The translations under genes and the position numbers were made by a program. 64,000 bases of DNA, from contig CAXXJS010000028.1 of NCBI GenBank assembly GCA_963662665.2, forward strand, positions 96,001 to 160,000, given 5' to 3'. The notes under the pieces are model-generated. The model made no database searches and was not told the origin of the DNA. It worked only from the letters and a program-made list of their open reading frames with translations. This DNA comes from Candidatus Latescibacterota bacterium. Lineage in GTDB: Bacteria > Latescibacterota > UBA2968 > GCA-2709665. Of this stretch, positions 47,619-56,600 are shown piece after piece. The first letter of the stretch is position 1; each line of letters starts with the position of its first letter.

Positions 47619-48875
47619 ATGAAGATCACGGAGATCGAGGCGATTCCGCTACGGGTTCCCTATGAAGCCCGGATCCGGAAGGCGTACCATCACTTCGCGA
47701 TGCAGGAGGAAGTGACGGTATACAAATTTCATACGGATACGGGGCTCGAGGGGCTGGGCGAGAATCCCGGACCGCCGCTCGTACAGCAGGCGCTGGATGC
47801 CTACATAGGTACCGATCCCTTCGACCACGTGATGGGGCAGGGTCGGTTCAATCTGGATATGGCGTGCTACGATCTCATGGGGAAGCACCTGGGCCTGCCC
47901 GCGTGGAAAGTGATGGGGCAGCAGGCGCGTCATTGGGTGGCGATGGGGTGGTGGATGCCCAGCATGTCGCCGGAGGACACGGCGGCGGAAGTCCAGGAGG
48001 CGGCTGATCGCGGGTACCGCGGCTTGAAGTGCAAGGCGCGCGCGTTTTACGACGTGGTGGAATGCGCTCAGACGATTCAGGACGTGGCGCCGGCGGATTT
48101 CCGCGTGGAATTCGATTTCAACGGCGCGTTGATATGTGTGGAGATGGCGCTGCCTGTGCTGAGGGCGCTGGAGAAAATTCCCGTCGTCAAAGGCGTCGAG
48201 GAGCCGATCTTCGCATACGATATCGAAGGATGGCGGAGGCTGCACGGCGAGATCCGCATCCCATTCTATCTGCACGGCGTACGCGTGCTGTCCGAGGCGG
48301 CGTCAAGGCAGCCTTCCGGACCGTGGACGGGCCTTCGCGCCGGGGATTTTGAAGGCGCGTTGTGCAGCCACGAGTGCGTACGCGACGCGCTGGCGGCGGG
48401 GTGGACGTTCGCCGCGGCGAATACACCGATTCTACTGCAATACGTGGGCACGGGAATTACCACGGCGTTTGCGCTTCATCTGGGCGCCGTGATGCCCACG
48501 GCAACGTTGCCGGGGGTGACGGCCAGCCACTCGTACGAAGACGATCTGATCGTGGACGCGCATCCAGTCCAGCGGGGTTTTATGAAGGTCCCGGAGGCGC
48601 CTGGCCTGGGCGTGGCCCTGGATGAAGATGCCGTCGCGAAGTATCGGGAGACGCCCGCGGCGGAATGGCCCCGGCATCTGTCGGTGGTGACGTTTCCGGG
48701 CGGCGTCAGGCATTACTATCGAAACCTGCAGCAGGCCGAGAGGCTGATGAAGCAGGGCGTGGACGAATCCTTTGCGCCCGGCGTTCGGCTGGATGAGTGG
48801 GAGGACGACGGCAGCGGGCGGTTCGACGGTTTGTGGAAGCGCCTGCAGGCGCAGGATTGGCCGGTATGGGACTGA
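47619..48875 (+). CDS. Mandelate racemase/muconate lactonizing enzyme family (enolase superfamily)
   Basis: HTDTGLEGLGE, DLMGK, KCK, DFN, EEP and PGLGV..DEDA. Confidence 0.9.
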   Translation: MKITEIEAIPLRVPYEARIRKAYHHFAMQEEVTVYKFHTDTGLEGLGENPGPPLVQQALDAYIGTDPFDHVMGQGRFNLDMACYDLMGKHLGLPAWKVMGQQARHWVAMGWWMPSMSPEDTAAEVQEAADRGYRGLKCKARAFYDVVECAQTIQDVAPADFRVEFDFNGALICVEMALPVLRALEKIPVVKGVEEPIFAYDIEGWRRLHGEIRIPFYLHGVRVLSEAASRQPSGPWTGLRAGDFEGALCSHECVRDALAAGWTFAAANTPILLQYVGTGITTAFALHLGAVMPTATLPGVTASHSYEDDLIVDAHPVQRGFMKVPEAPGLGVALDEDAVAKYRETPAAEWPRHLSVVTFPGGVRHYYRNLQQAERLMKQGVDESFAPGVRLDEWEDDGSGRFDGLWKRLQAQDWPVWD

Positions 48876-48896
48876 TTCCGAGAGAGGTGTGGATCG

Positions 48897-49859
48897 ATGA
48901 AAGCGGCTAGATTGGTGGCGCCCCGGCGGTGGGAAATTGCCGAGGTGGAGAGACCCGAAGCGAACGGGAAGATGATGCTCGTTCGCCTGGAGCGGGTGGG
49001 GATCTGCGGGACGGACAAGCCGGCGTTCTATGGCATCGGCGCCTCCTATCCGATGGGGTTGGGACAGACGGGACACGAAGGCCTCGGTATCGTAGAAGCC
49101 TGTGCCTCCGGCGCCTTTAACGTTGGCGACCGGGTGCTGCTCTGGGGCTTCGACCGGGGCTTGTTCCAGGAATACGTGCTGGCCGATCCCGCGGGGTGCG
49201 TCAGACTGCCGATGGGCCTTAAGCCGGAGGTCGCTCTGATGAGCCAGTTGTTAGGTACGGTTATCCACTGTTTCTACAAACTGGGCAACGTGATCAACAG
49301 GAAGGCGCTGGTGATGGGGCAGGGTCCGGTGGGACAACTGTTCAACGCCACCCTGCGCAACCTCGGCGCAAGGACCATTATCGGCGTGGACCCGCTTCCT
49401 CACCGTCTGGCGGTGTCGCCGAAGATGGGCGCCACCCATACGATCGATTCCGGGACGTGCGATCTCTCGGAGGCGGTTTCGGAAATCACGGGCGGGGAAA
49501 TGGTGGACTTGGCGGTGGAGGCCGTGGGCCGGGAATCCACGTTCAACCTTTGCGGGGACCTGCTGCGCCAGGACGGAACGCTGGTTTATTTCGGCGTGCC
49601 GAACAAGGAGAATGCCGAGGGGCGGATGACGCTGTCATTTATGGAAATGTTCAGGAAGGAACTGCAGATCGTAACTTCGGTGGGGCCAAATCCGGGCCTG
49701 GACTATACGCTTGCGCTGGACTGGATCACCCAGGGCCGGCTGGACGTGCGGCCGATTCTGACGCACCTGATGCCGTTCGAGAAGATCCAGGAGGCGTTCG
49801 AACTGGCGTTTGAACATCCTGAAACGGACAGTGCGGTAAAGGTGGTCCTGGCATTTTGA
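48897..49859 (+). CDS. Zinc-binding (MDR) dehydrogenase
   Basis: GICGTD, GHEG, GDRV, GQGPVG and KVVL. Confidence 0.93.
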   Translation: MKAARLVAPRRWEIAEVERPEANGKMMLVRLERVGICGTDKPAFYGIGASYPMGLGQTGHEGLGIVEACASGAFNVGDRVLLWGFDRGLFQEYVLADPAGCVRLPMGLKPEVALMSQLLGTVIHCFYKLGNVINRKALVMGQGPVGQLFNATLRNLGARTIIGVDPLPHRLAVSPKMGATHTIDSGTCDLSEAVSEITGGEMVDLAVEAVGRESTFNLCGDLLRQDGTLVYFGVPNKENAEGRMTLSFMEMFRKELQIVTSVGPNPGLDYTLALDWITQGRLDVRPILTHLMPFEKIQEAFELAFEHPETDSAVKVVLAF

Positions 49860-49973
49860 CGGGGCCGGTATCGGCTGTTTCGTTGATACGACCCGTCTCG
49901 GGATGGCCAATCAGGGAAACGTTCCCCGCACTGAATCTTCCAACTTGAAGCGAAACCGGAGTGTTGACTGGCA

Positions 49974-51515
49974 ATGCAATGGATGCTTCCCATTTTGTTG
50001 CTCTGGTTGGTGCCGGGGCATACCGAGGAGAAACCTGTAATGCGTGTTACGACGACGATTGATTTCGGTCAGGATGTCGGACAGAATTGGGGGTCGCTGT
50101 TCGAAGCCCGGGACAAGGAGGGACGTGTCGTATTTGGCGCGGGCTTTGTGGGTGTCTACAATACGGCGTTTCGGATGGATCGGTTCACGCTGCAGTTTTT
50201 CCTCCGCGACGACGAGGCAGAGGAGACATTCGAGGCCCTGCCGCCCTCTACGGAGGACGGCGGCAGTTACCTGTTCGACCTGGATGGCCGGGTGTACTCG
50301 TGCAGCTATCACCAGGACCGGACAGCGCGATGGTGGGACGACGAAGCGGGCGGGTGGCAGGCGGACGAGAGCTTCGGCGTGGGCGAAACCGTTGCCGGGG
50401 ACGGAAAAATGCGGGTTGCCGGAAAGATATTCCAGTTCAAGGGAGGCGAAGCCTGGTACGACGGAGAGCGGATATTGGGGCCGCCCGCGTCAGGACATCA
50501 TCACCATTTCTATTACGCCCTGGGCTATCTGACGTTCTTCCATAAGGACCATGATTCGGATCCGCCGTACACCAGGCTGTACGCTGTTCCGTGGAAGCCG
50601 GGAGATGGACCGGTCGACCTGGATAAGGCGGTGACGCTGGACCTGAAGTATCCCCAGGAGACGCCGTTCTCCATCGGACAACTCGGCGATGAGATCGTGA
50701 ATTCCTCCAATATGGGCGGCGTCTACGTATTCGACGGGTCCAAATGGAAGATTGTGCGGGCGTCACTGGCGGGCGTGAGTTTTCAGCTGTATTCGATGTT
50801 GAACTGGTACGACGAGATGCTCATCGCACAGTACCCCACGGGAAATCTCTTCAGGTACGATGGCAAGGCGCTTCGTCACCTTGAGGACTCGCCGCCGGTA
50901 ATGCCCGGCGTGTCCGGCAGTGCGCGCGAGGCGCAGACAACCGCAATCTACGGAGGGGACCTCTACGTGGGGGTGTGGCCCTGGTCCGAGTTGTGGCGGT
51001 ACGATGCGCACGGGCACGAGTGGAAGTTTGTGAGGCGAAACTTTCGGAAGCCGCCGATTACGGACAGGATGACGCATCCATACGAAGACCGGGTGGTTGC
51101 CTACAACGAGGAACATGGTACTGACCTGGTGATCAACGAATGGGGACAACGCGTAACCGGACTGGCGCCGAACGGAGACGCAATGTTCCTGTCCGTGAGC
51201 GCCAAGGGTTGCCCCGTCCGTGACATGCGGCATTCATTCCTGCACGATGACGAGGTGTGGAACCAGTACCGCATGGTCTACCGGGTAAGAAAACCGGGCA
51301 GCGTCTCCGTGCCCGTTGCCTGGACGGGAGAGCCGACGACGCTTGAGTTTGCGATTGGAGAGGAAAGGATCGGCATCGCACAGGACGGGAGGTCCCTGGG
51401 TTCAGCGCCGGTCCCCGCCGGGCGAGCCGGGGCGGCAATGGACGCGGATATCCGATGGGGCAACGGCATGTTCGGACCCCTGCGGGCAAAGATGCGGTCA
51501 AACGAAGTGGAGTAG
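49974..51515 (+). CDS. Secreted hypothetical protein, probably beta-propeller
   Basis: Long ORF with genome-typical codon use, a short signal-like N-terminus and repeated 'YxFDG..W' blades. Operonic context. Confidence 0.75.
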   Translation: MQWMLPILLLWLVPGHTEEKPVMRVTTTIDFGQDVGQNWGSLFEARDKEGRVVFGAGFVGVYNTAFRMDRFTLQFFLRDDEAEETFEALPPSTEDGGSYLFDLDGRVYSCSYHQDRTARWWDDEAGGWQADESFGVGETVAGDGKMRVAGKIFQFKGGEAWYDGERILGPPASGHHHHFYYALGYLTFFHKDHDSDPPYTRLYAVPWKPGDGPVDLDKAVTLDLKYPQETPFSIGQLGDEIVNSSNMGGVYVFDGSKWKIVRASLAGVSFQLYSMLNWYDEMLIAQYPTGNLFRYDGKALRHLEDSPPVMPGVSGSAREAQTTAIYGGDLYVGVWPWSELWRYDAHGHEWKFVRRNFRKPPITDRMTHPYEDRVVAYNEEHGTDLVINEWGQRVTGLAPNGDAMFLSVSAKGCPVRDMRHSFLHDDEVWNQYRMVYRVRKPGSVSVPVAWTGEPTTLEFAIGEERIGIAQDGRSLGSAPVPAGRAGAAMDADIRWGNGMFGPLRAKMRSNEVE

Positions 51516-51540
51516 TTTCCATCATCACGAGGACAGGAAA

Positions 51541-52596
51541 ATGGCGGATCGATATCGGACGGCGTTGATTGGATGCGGGCGGATGGGAGCGACAATCGAC
51601 GACGAAGTGCGCGACCATCCCGATAGCAGGCTCTGGATCCCATACTCGCACGCGGCGGCCGCCGTGGCGTGCGAGCGTACGGAGTTGATCGCAGTCTCGG
51701 ACGTGATGGCCGGGAAGGCGGAGTCGATTCGGGACCGGTACGGCGTTCCCGTCTGCTACACGGACTACCGGGAGATGATCGACAAAGAGAAGCCGGATAT
51801 CGTGTGTATCGCCACGCGCCCGGCAACCCACTCGGAGATGACCGTCTTCGCGGCCGAACGTGGCGTAAAGGGGATTTATTGCGAAAAGCCGCTTTGCTGC
51901 TCGATGGAGGAAGCCGACGCAATGGTGGCGGCGGTAGAAAAGAACGGAACAAAGTTCAATTACGGCACCCAGCGCCGATATATTCCGATTTATCAGAAAA
52001 TGCGGGAACTGGCCGACGCAGGTGAACTGGGGACGGTCCAGGCCGTGATCATACAGCAGGGGGTGACCGCCGCGTTGTGGGGGCTCACCCACGGGTCGGA
52101 TATGATGCTGTACCTGGCGGGCGATCCGGAGATCGATTTCGTTCAGGGAACCATTGTGTGTGAGGATGGGGACTGGGACGACAACCGGTTGAACGTGGAC
52201 CCGGGCGTGGCAGCCGGGTTCGTCCGGTTTCACAACGGCGTCCTTGGTTATTCAACGGCCGGCAGCGGACCGGAATTCGAGCTTTGCGGCGCCGGCGGAA
52301 AGCTGAGGACGTTCGACAACGGGCTGACATGTCAGTTCCGGCAGGCCTGCGGCGCGCCGCGTGCACTGAAAGAGCGGCCGTTTCCCGAGGTCCCGATGGA
52401 AAGTGGTACGGTAAATGGTCTCAGGGATATCGCCGAGGCGCTGGATGAGGACCGCGAGACCAGGGGGCCGATCCAGTTGGCGCGGCGAAGCCAGGAGATG
52501 ATCATGGGCTTCATCGAGTCCCACCGACTGGGCGGCGTGCGGGTGCGGTTGCCCATGAAGAATCGGGGCCTTTACGTGGGGCGTCAGGGTTGGTAG
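51541..52596 (+). CDS. Gfo/Idh/MocA family oxidoreductase
   Basis: LIGCGRMG, YTDYREM, YCEKP and THGSD. Confidence 0.93.
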   Translation: MADRYRTALIGCGRMGATIDDEVRDHPDSRLWIPYSHAAAAVACERTELIAVSDVMAGKAESIRDRYGVPVCYTDYREMIDKEKPDIVCIATRPATHSEMTVFAAERGVKGIYCEKPLCCSMEEADAMVAAVEKNGTKFNYGTQRRYIPIYQKMRELADAGELGTVQAVIIQQGVTAALWGLTHGSDMMLYLAGDPEIDFVQGTIVCEDGDWDDNRLNVDPGVAAGFVRFHNGVLGYSTAGSGPEFELCGAGGKLRTFDNGLTCQFRQACGAPRALKERPFPEVPMESGTVNGLRDIAEALDEDRETRGPIQLARRSQEMIMGFIESHRLGGVRVRLPMKNRGLYVGRQGW

Positions 52597-52599
52597 GAA

Positions 52600-53172
52600 A
52601 GCAGCCTTTAGCGATCAGCTTTCAGTCAAAGTCAAGAGCTTAGATCAAAATCAACATCTCCCCAAATTCCCTGCCTCCGGCGGGTTCCATAAAACCGGGA
52701 AGACGGAAGACGGGAGAGGGTAGAGATTTCCTGCCTTGTGAGGTTTCTTTTGTTGCCGGAGGCAAGAAGGAGGAACCAATCGGGCAAAGACGTCATCTCA
52801 CGGCTCCCGTCTCACCGCCGTCAGGCGACCTGTCATGACATTGGAATTTCTTAGCAGTCTACGTACATAGAAGGTATTTCACCAAGCTCGACGTACTCAT
52901 CGTCCCGCCACAGGCATTCTCCGTGGCGAGTTTTTTCTTTGCGGCTGCCCTCGGTGCGCCGTCATCGAATTCGAAGGGCGACCGGCCGGTCGCCCCTACA
53001 AGAACCGCGAAATCGCGAATTGACATCGCCGTGTTTCGCGCCAACCTTGAATTCACAGGGGCAACCCTTGTGGTTGCCCACATTACGGCGCAGACATAGG
53101 TGAGTCGATTTCGATTGGCCATAACGTTAGCCTGGTTTAGCTGATGGCTGAAAACTGACGGCTGACCGCTGC
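52600..53172. repeat. Intergenic cluster of REP-like repeats (TCAGC-type heptamers at both ends in inverted orientation, miniature element 52695-52818, GTAG-type palindromes)
   Basis: tagcgatcagctttcag (about 52610) versus gctgatggctgaaaactgacggctgaccgct (about 53140). gggcgaccggccggtcgcccctac at 52976, also at about 59207. Confidence 0.75.
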
Positions 53173-53678
53173 CTTTTGATATTCCGGGATCGAGAGCCTT
53201 CTACCCTCGGTGCGCCACCTCTGGTTCTGCGTTCTCATGGCGCTGACGTCGCCGGATTGGATTCTTGATTCAAGCTGACGGTTGACTGCCGAGAGCTGAT
53301 TTTACTGCTTTTCGGAACAACAAGGGATGCCAGGGCTTGGCGATCGAGACTGGATAGCGAGCGGCGCCCATCTCGAAGGGTCGATATATCGTCAATGGAC
53401 GACATATCGCCCTGCGACAATGGGAACTGCTTTTCGTTATTTTGTCTTGTGATTTTCCTATCATAAATTAAAACAACATCTTATTCGACATTCATCCAAA
53501 GCGACACACGGTGGCACACGTACTGCGAGTAAATATCAGTTTGTACTTCACATGAGCAGGCTCTGAACCGCACCATGGTCCTGGCCGGGAGAATCGCAAA
53601 CCAGTCCAAGCGCATGGCCGAAAACTGATCGTCGAGGGCTGATTCGGCATCGGTTTTTCGTGTGAGGTCTTATTGTAC

Positions 53679-56600
53679 ATGCGTCGTCTACATTCGTCCG
53701 AACGACGGTCGACCGGGAATGGAGCGAAATCGGCCTCGATATTCGCAGCCACGTCTCTCGCCGTGTTGATTGGCCTGGGAGCGCTCTATTCGCAGGCAAG
53801 TTTGCCGCATTCCGCCGGCTCACCGGATTTCGATGGGAATGGGACGGTCGGCTTCAGCGATTTCGTTCTGTTCGCCGAGGCATTCGGGTCCGATAAAGGG
53901 GCTACCGGATTTGATGCGCGGTACGATCTGGATGGGGATGGCGCCATCGGATTCCCCGATTTCGTGATCTTTGCGAGTCGTTTCGGCGAAAAGGTACCTG
54001 TTTCCGGCGGGGACCGGGATGCTCTGGTCGCGCTCTACAAGGCGACGGACGGTCCGAATTGGGAGAACAACGCCAACTGGTTGACGGAACAGGACCCTTC
54101 AACCTGGCATGGCGTCAGCCTTCACAACGGCCGGGTCACGGCTCTGGTTCTTGCCGAGAATAATCTGTCGGGCACGATACCGAGAGAGCTTGGACAACTC
54201 GCGGACCTCGAGTGGTTGAACCTCAGATGGAATGAATTGACCGGACCTATCCCAAAAGAACTGGGCCAACCCACCAACCTCACGCAATTGAGCCTAGAAT
54301 TGAATGAACTGACCGGACCGATTCCGTCGGAACTCGGTCGGCTCACCAGACTCACAAAGCTAGACCTTGGCTGGAATGAATTGACGGGATCCATCCCGAA
54401 GGAACTGGGTCGACTCACCGACCTCAAAGAGCTGGACCTTGGACTCAATCAATTGACCGGACCGATTCCGTCGGAACTAGTCCGACTTACCAACCTCACA
54501 GAGCTGGACCTTGCCAGGAATGAATTGACCGGACCTATCCCAAAGGAACTGGGTCAACTCACCAACCTCACTCGGTTGCGCCTTTACGGAAATGAGCTGA
54601 CGGGCACGATCCCTTCGGAACTCGGCCAGCTCACCAACCTCACAGAACTAGACCTTGAAAATAGTCAATTGACGGGACCGATCCCTGCGGAACTGGGCCA
54701 ACTCACCAACCTTACAGAGCTGGACCTTAGCGTTAATCGGTTGACGGGACCGATCCCTGCGGAACTGGGTCAACTCACCAACCTCACGAGGTTGATCCTT
54801 TACGGGAATCAGTTAACCGGGGGGATCCCCCCGGAGCTTGGCCGCCTTACCAAACTTCAGAATTTGAGTCTTACCAAGAATCAATTTAGTGGTGGGATTT
54901 CGCCAGAACTTGGAAAACTCACGAATCTACATTCGCTCTTTCTCTCGGACAACCCGCTGAACGGAACGATACCAAAGGAACTCGGACAACTAATCAACCT
55001 TGATTTACTCTACCTTTCGCGAAATAAGCTGACCGGTGAGATCCCCCCAGAACTTGGACAGTTGACGAATCTCACTGAATTGGCCCTCAGCTGGAATTCG
55101 TTGAATGGAGGGATCCCCCCAGAGCTTGGCCAACTCACCAATCTCAGGAGTTTGGATCTTTCGGTGAACTCACTGAATGGGCCGATCCCTGCCGAATTGG
55201 GTCAACTTACAAGGCTCAAGTATTTGAGACTATGGGTCAGTGGGTTGATCGGCGAGATCCCCCCAGAGCTTGGCCAACTCACCGAGCTAGAAACCCTGGA
55301 CCTTAGTTGGAATAACAATTTGACCGGTCCGATCCCGCCGGAATTGGGCAAACTATCCAAACTCAGGGTATTGGATCTTGATTTGAATGATTTGACGGGT
55401 TCGATACCAAGGGAACTGGGGCAACTTGCCGGCATAGAGTCGTTGGACTTGAGCGATAATGATTTGACGGGCCCAATCCCGTCAGAGCTTGGCCAAATTA
55501 CCTACCTTACACAGTTGCTCCTTAACTCGAACGATTTGACGGGCCCGATCCCCGCCGAACTGGCCCGGCTCACCAACCTCGAATTGTTATGGCTTGGCAA
55601 TAATCAGTTCGCGGGCCCGATCCCCCCGGAACTGGGCCAACTCACCAGCCTTACAGAACTGAAGCTTGGCGGTAATGAGTTGCTTGGAACAATCCCGCCG
55701 GAATTAGGCCAACTCACCAGCCTTACAGAACTGAAGCTTGGCGGTAATGAGTTGCTTGGAACAATCCCGCCGGAATTAGGCCAACTCACCAATCTCAGAA
55801 CACTATACCTCTATGGAAACGAAGAGCTGACCGGACCGTTGCCTCAGTCTTTCCTCGGTCTAGACCTGCGTCATTTCGAGTTTCAAGGCACACAGGTCTG
55901 CATACCTGCGACTGCGGAATTCCAGGAGTGGCTCGAGGGGATACCGGACAAAATAGTCACCGCTGAATGTGCCTTTCCGGAACGGGATGCTCTGGTCGCG
56001 CTCTACAACGGCGCGGATGGCCCCAACTGGACGAACAGGACCAACTGGTTGAGCACCCCAACCCTGGGCGAATGGTACGGCGTGACCGCCGATGCGGACG
56101 GGCACGTGACCAGACTTGACCTGCAGAAAAACAACCTGCGGGGAACGATACCTCACCAACTCGGACAGTTGACCCATCTCAATACGCTGAACCTCGCTTC
56201 AAACGCCGCGCTGTTGGGACCGGTGCCAGTCGGTCTCACACGTCTGTCCCTGGATTCCCTGGCTCTGGACGGAACACAATTGTGTGCGCCTCCGAGGACG
56301 GAATTCCAGACGTGGCTCAACAGGATACCGAACAGGACGGAAATAGACCGCTGTACCGACGCTCGCGCGGATTACTATGCTTTGGTGGAGTTGTACAACG
56401 GCACGGATGGATCGAACTGGAGGAATGCGACGAACTGGACGGGCAAAGCGCCGTTAGGCGATTGGTACGGCGTGACCACCGATGGCGGCGGACGGGTGAC
56501 CAGACTGGACCTGTATGAAAACAACCTGAGCGGAACGATACCTCGCCAACTGGGACAGTTGGCACATCTAACATTCCTCGACCTCGGAGATAATCAATTA

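Noticed and set aside
52859-53670. Short ORFs between the oxidoreductase and the LRR gene
   Set aside because: They derive from REP-like repeats or lack motifs and SD. No transposase remnant was recognised.
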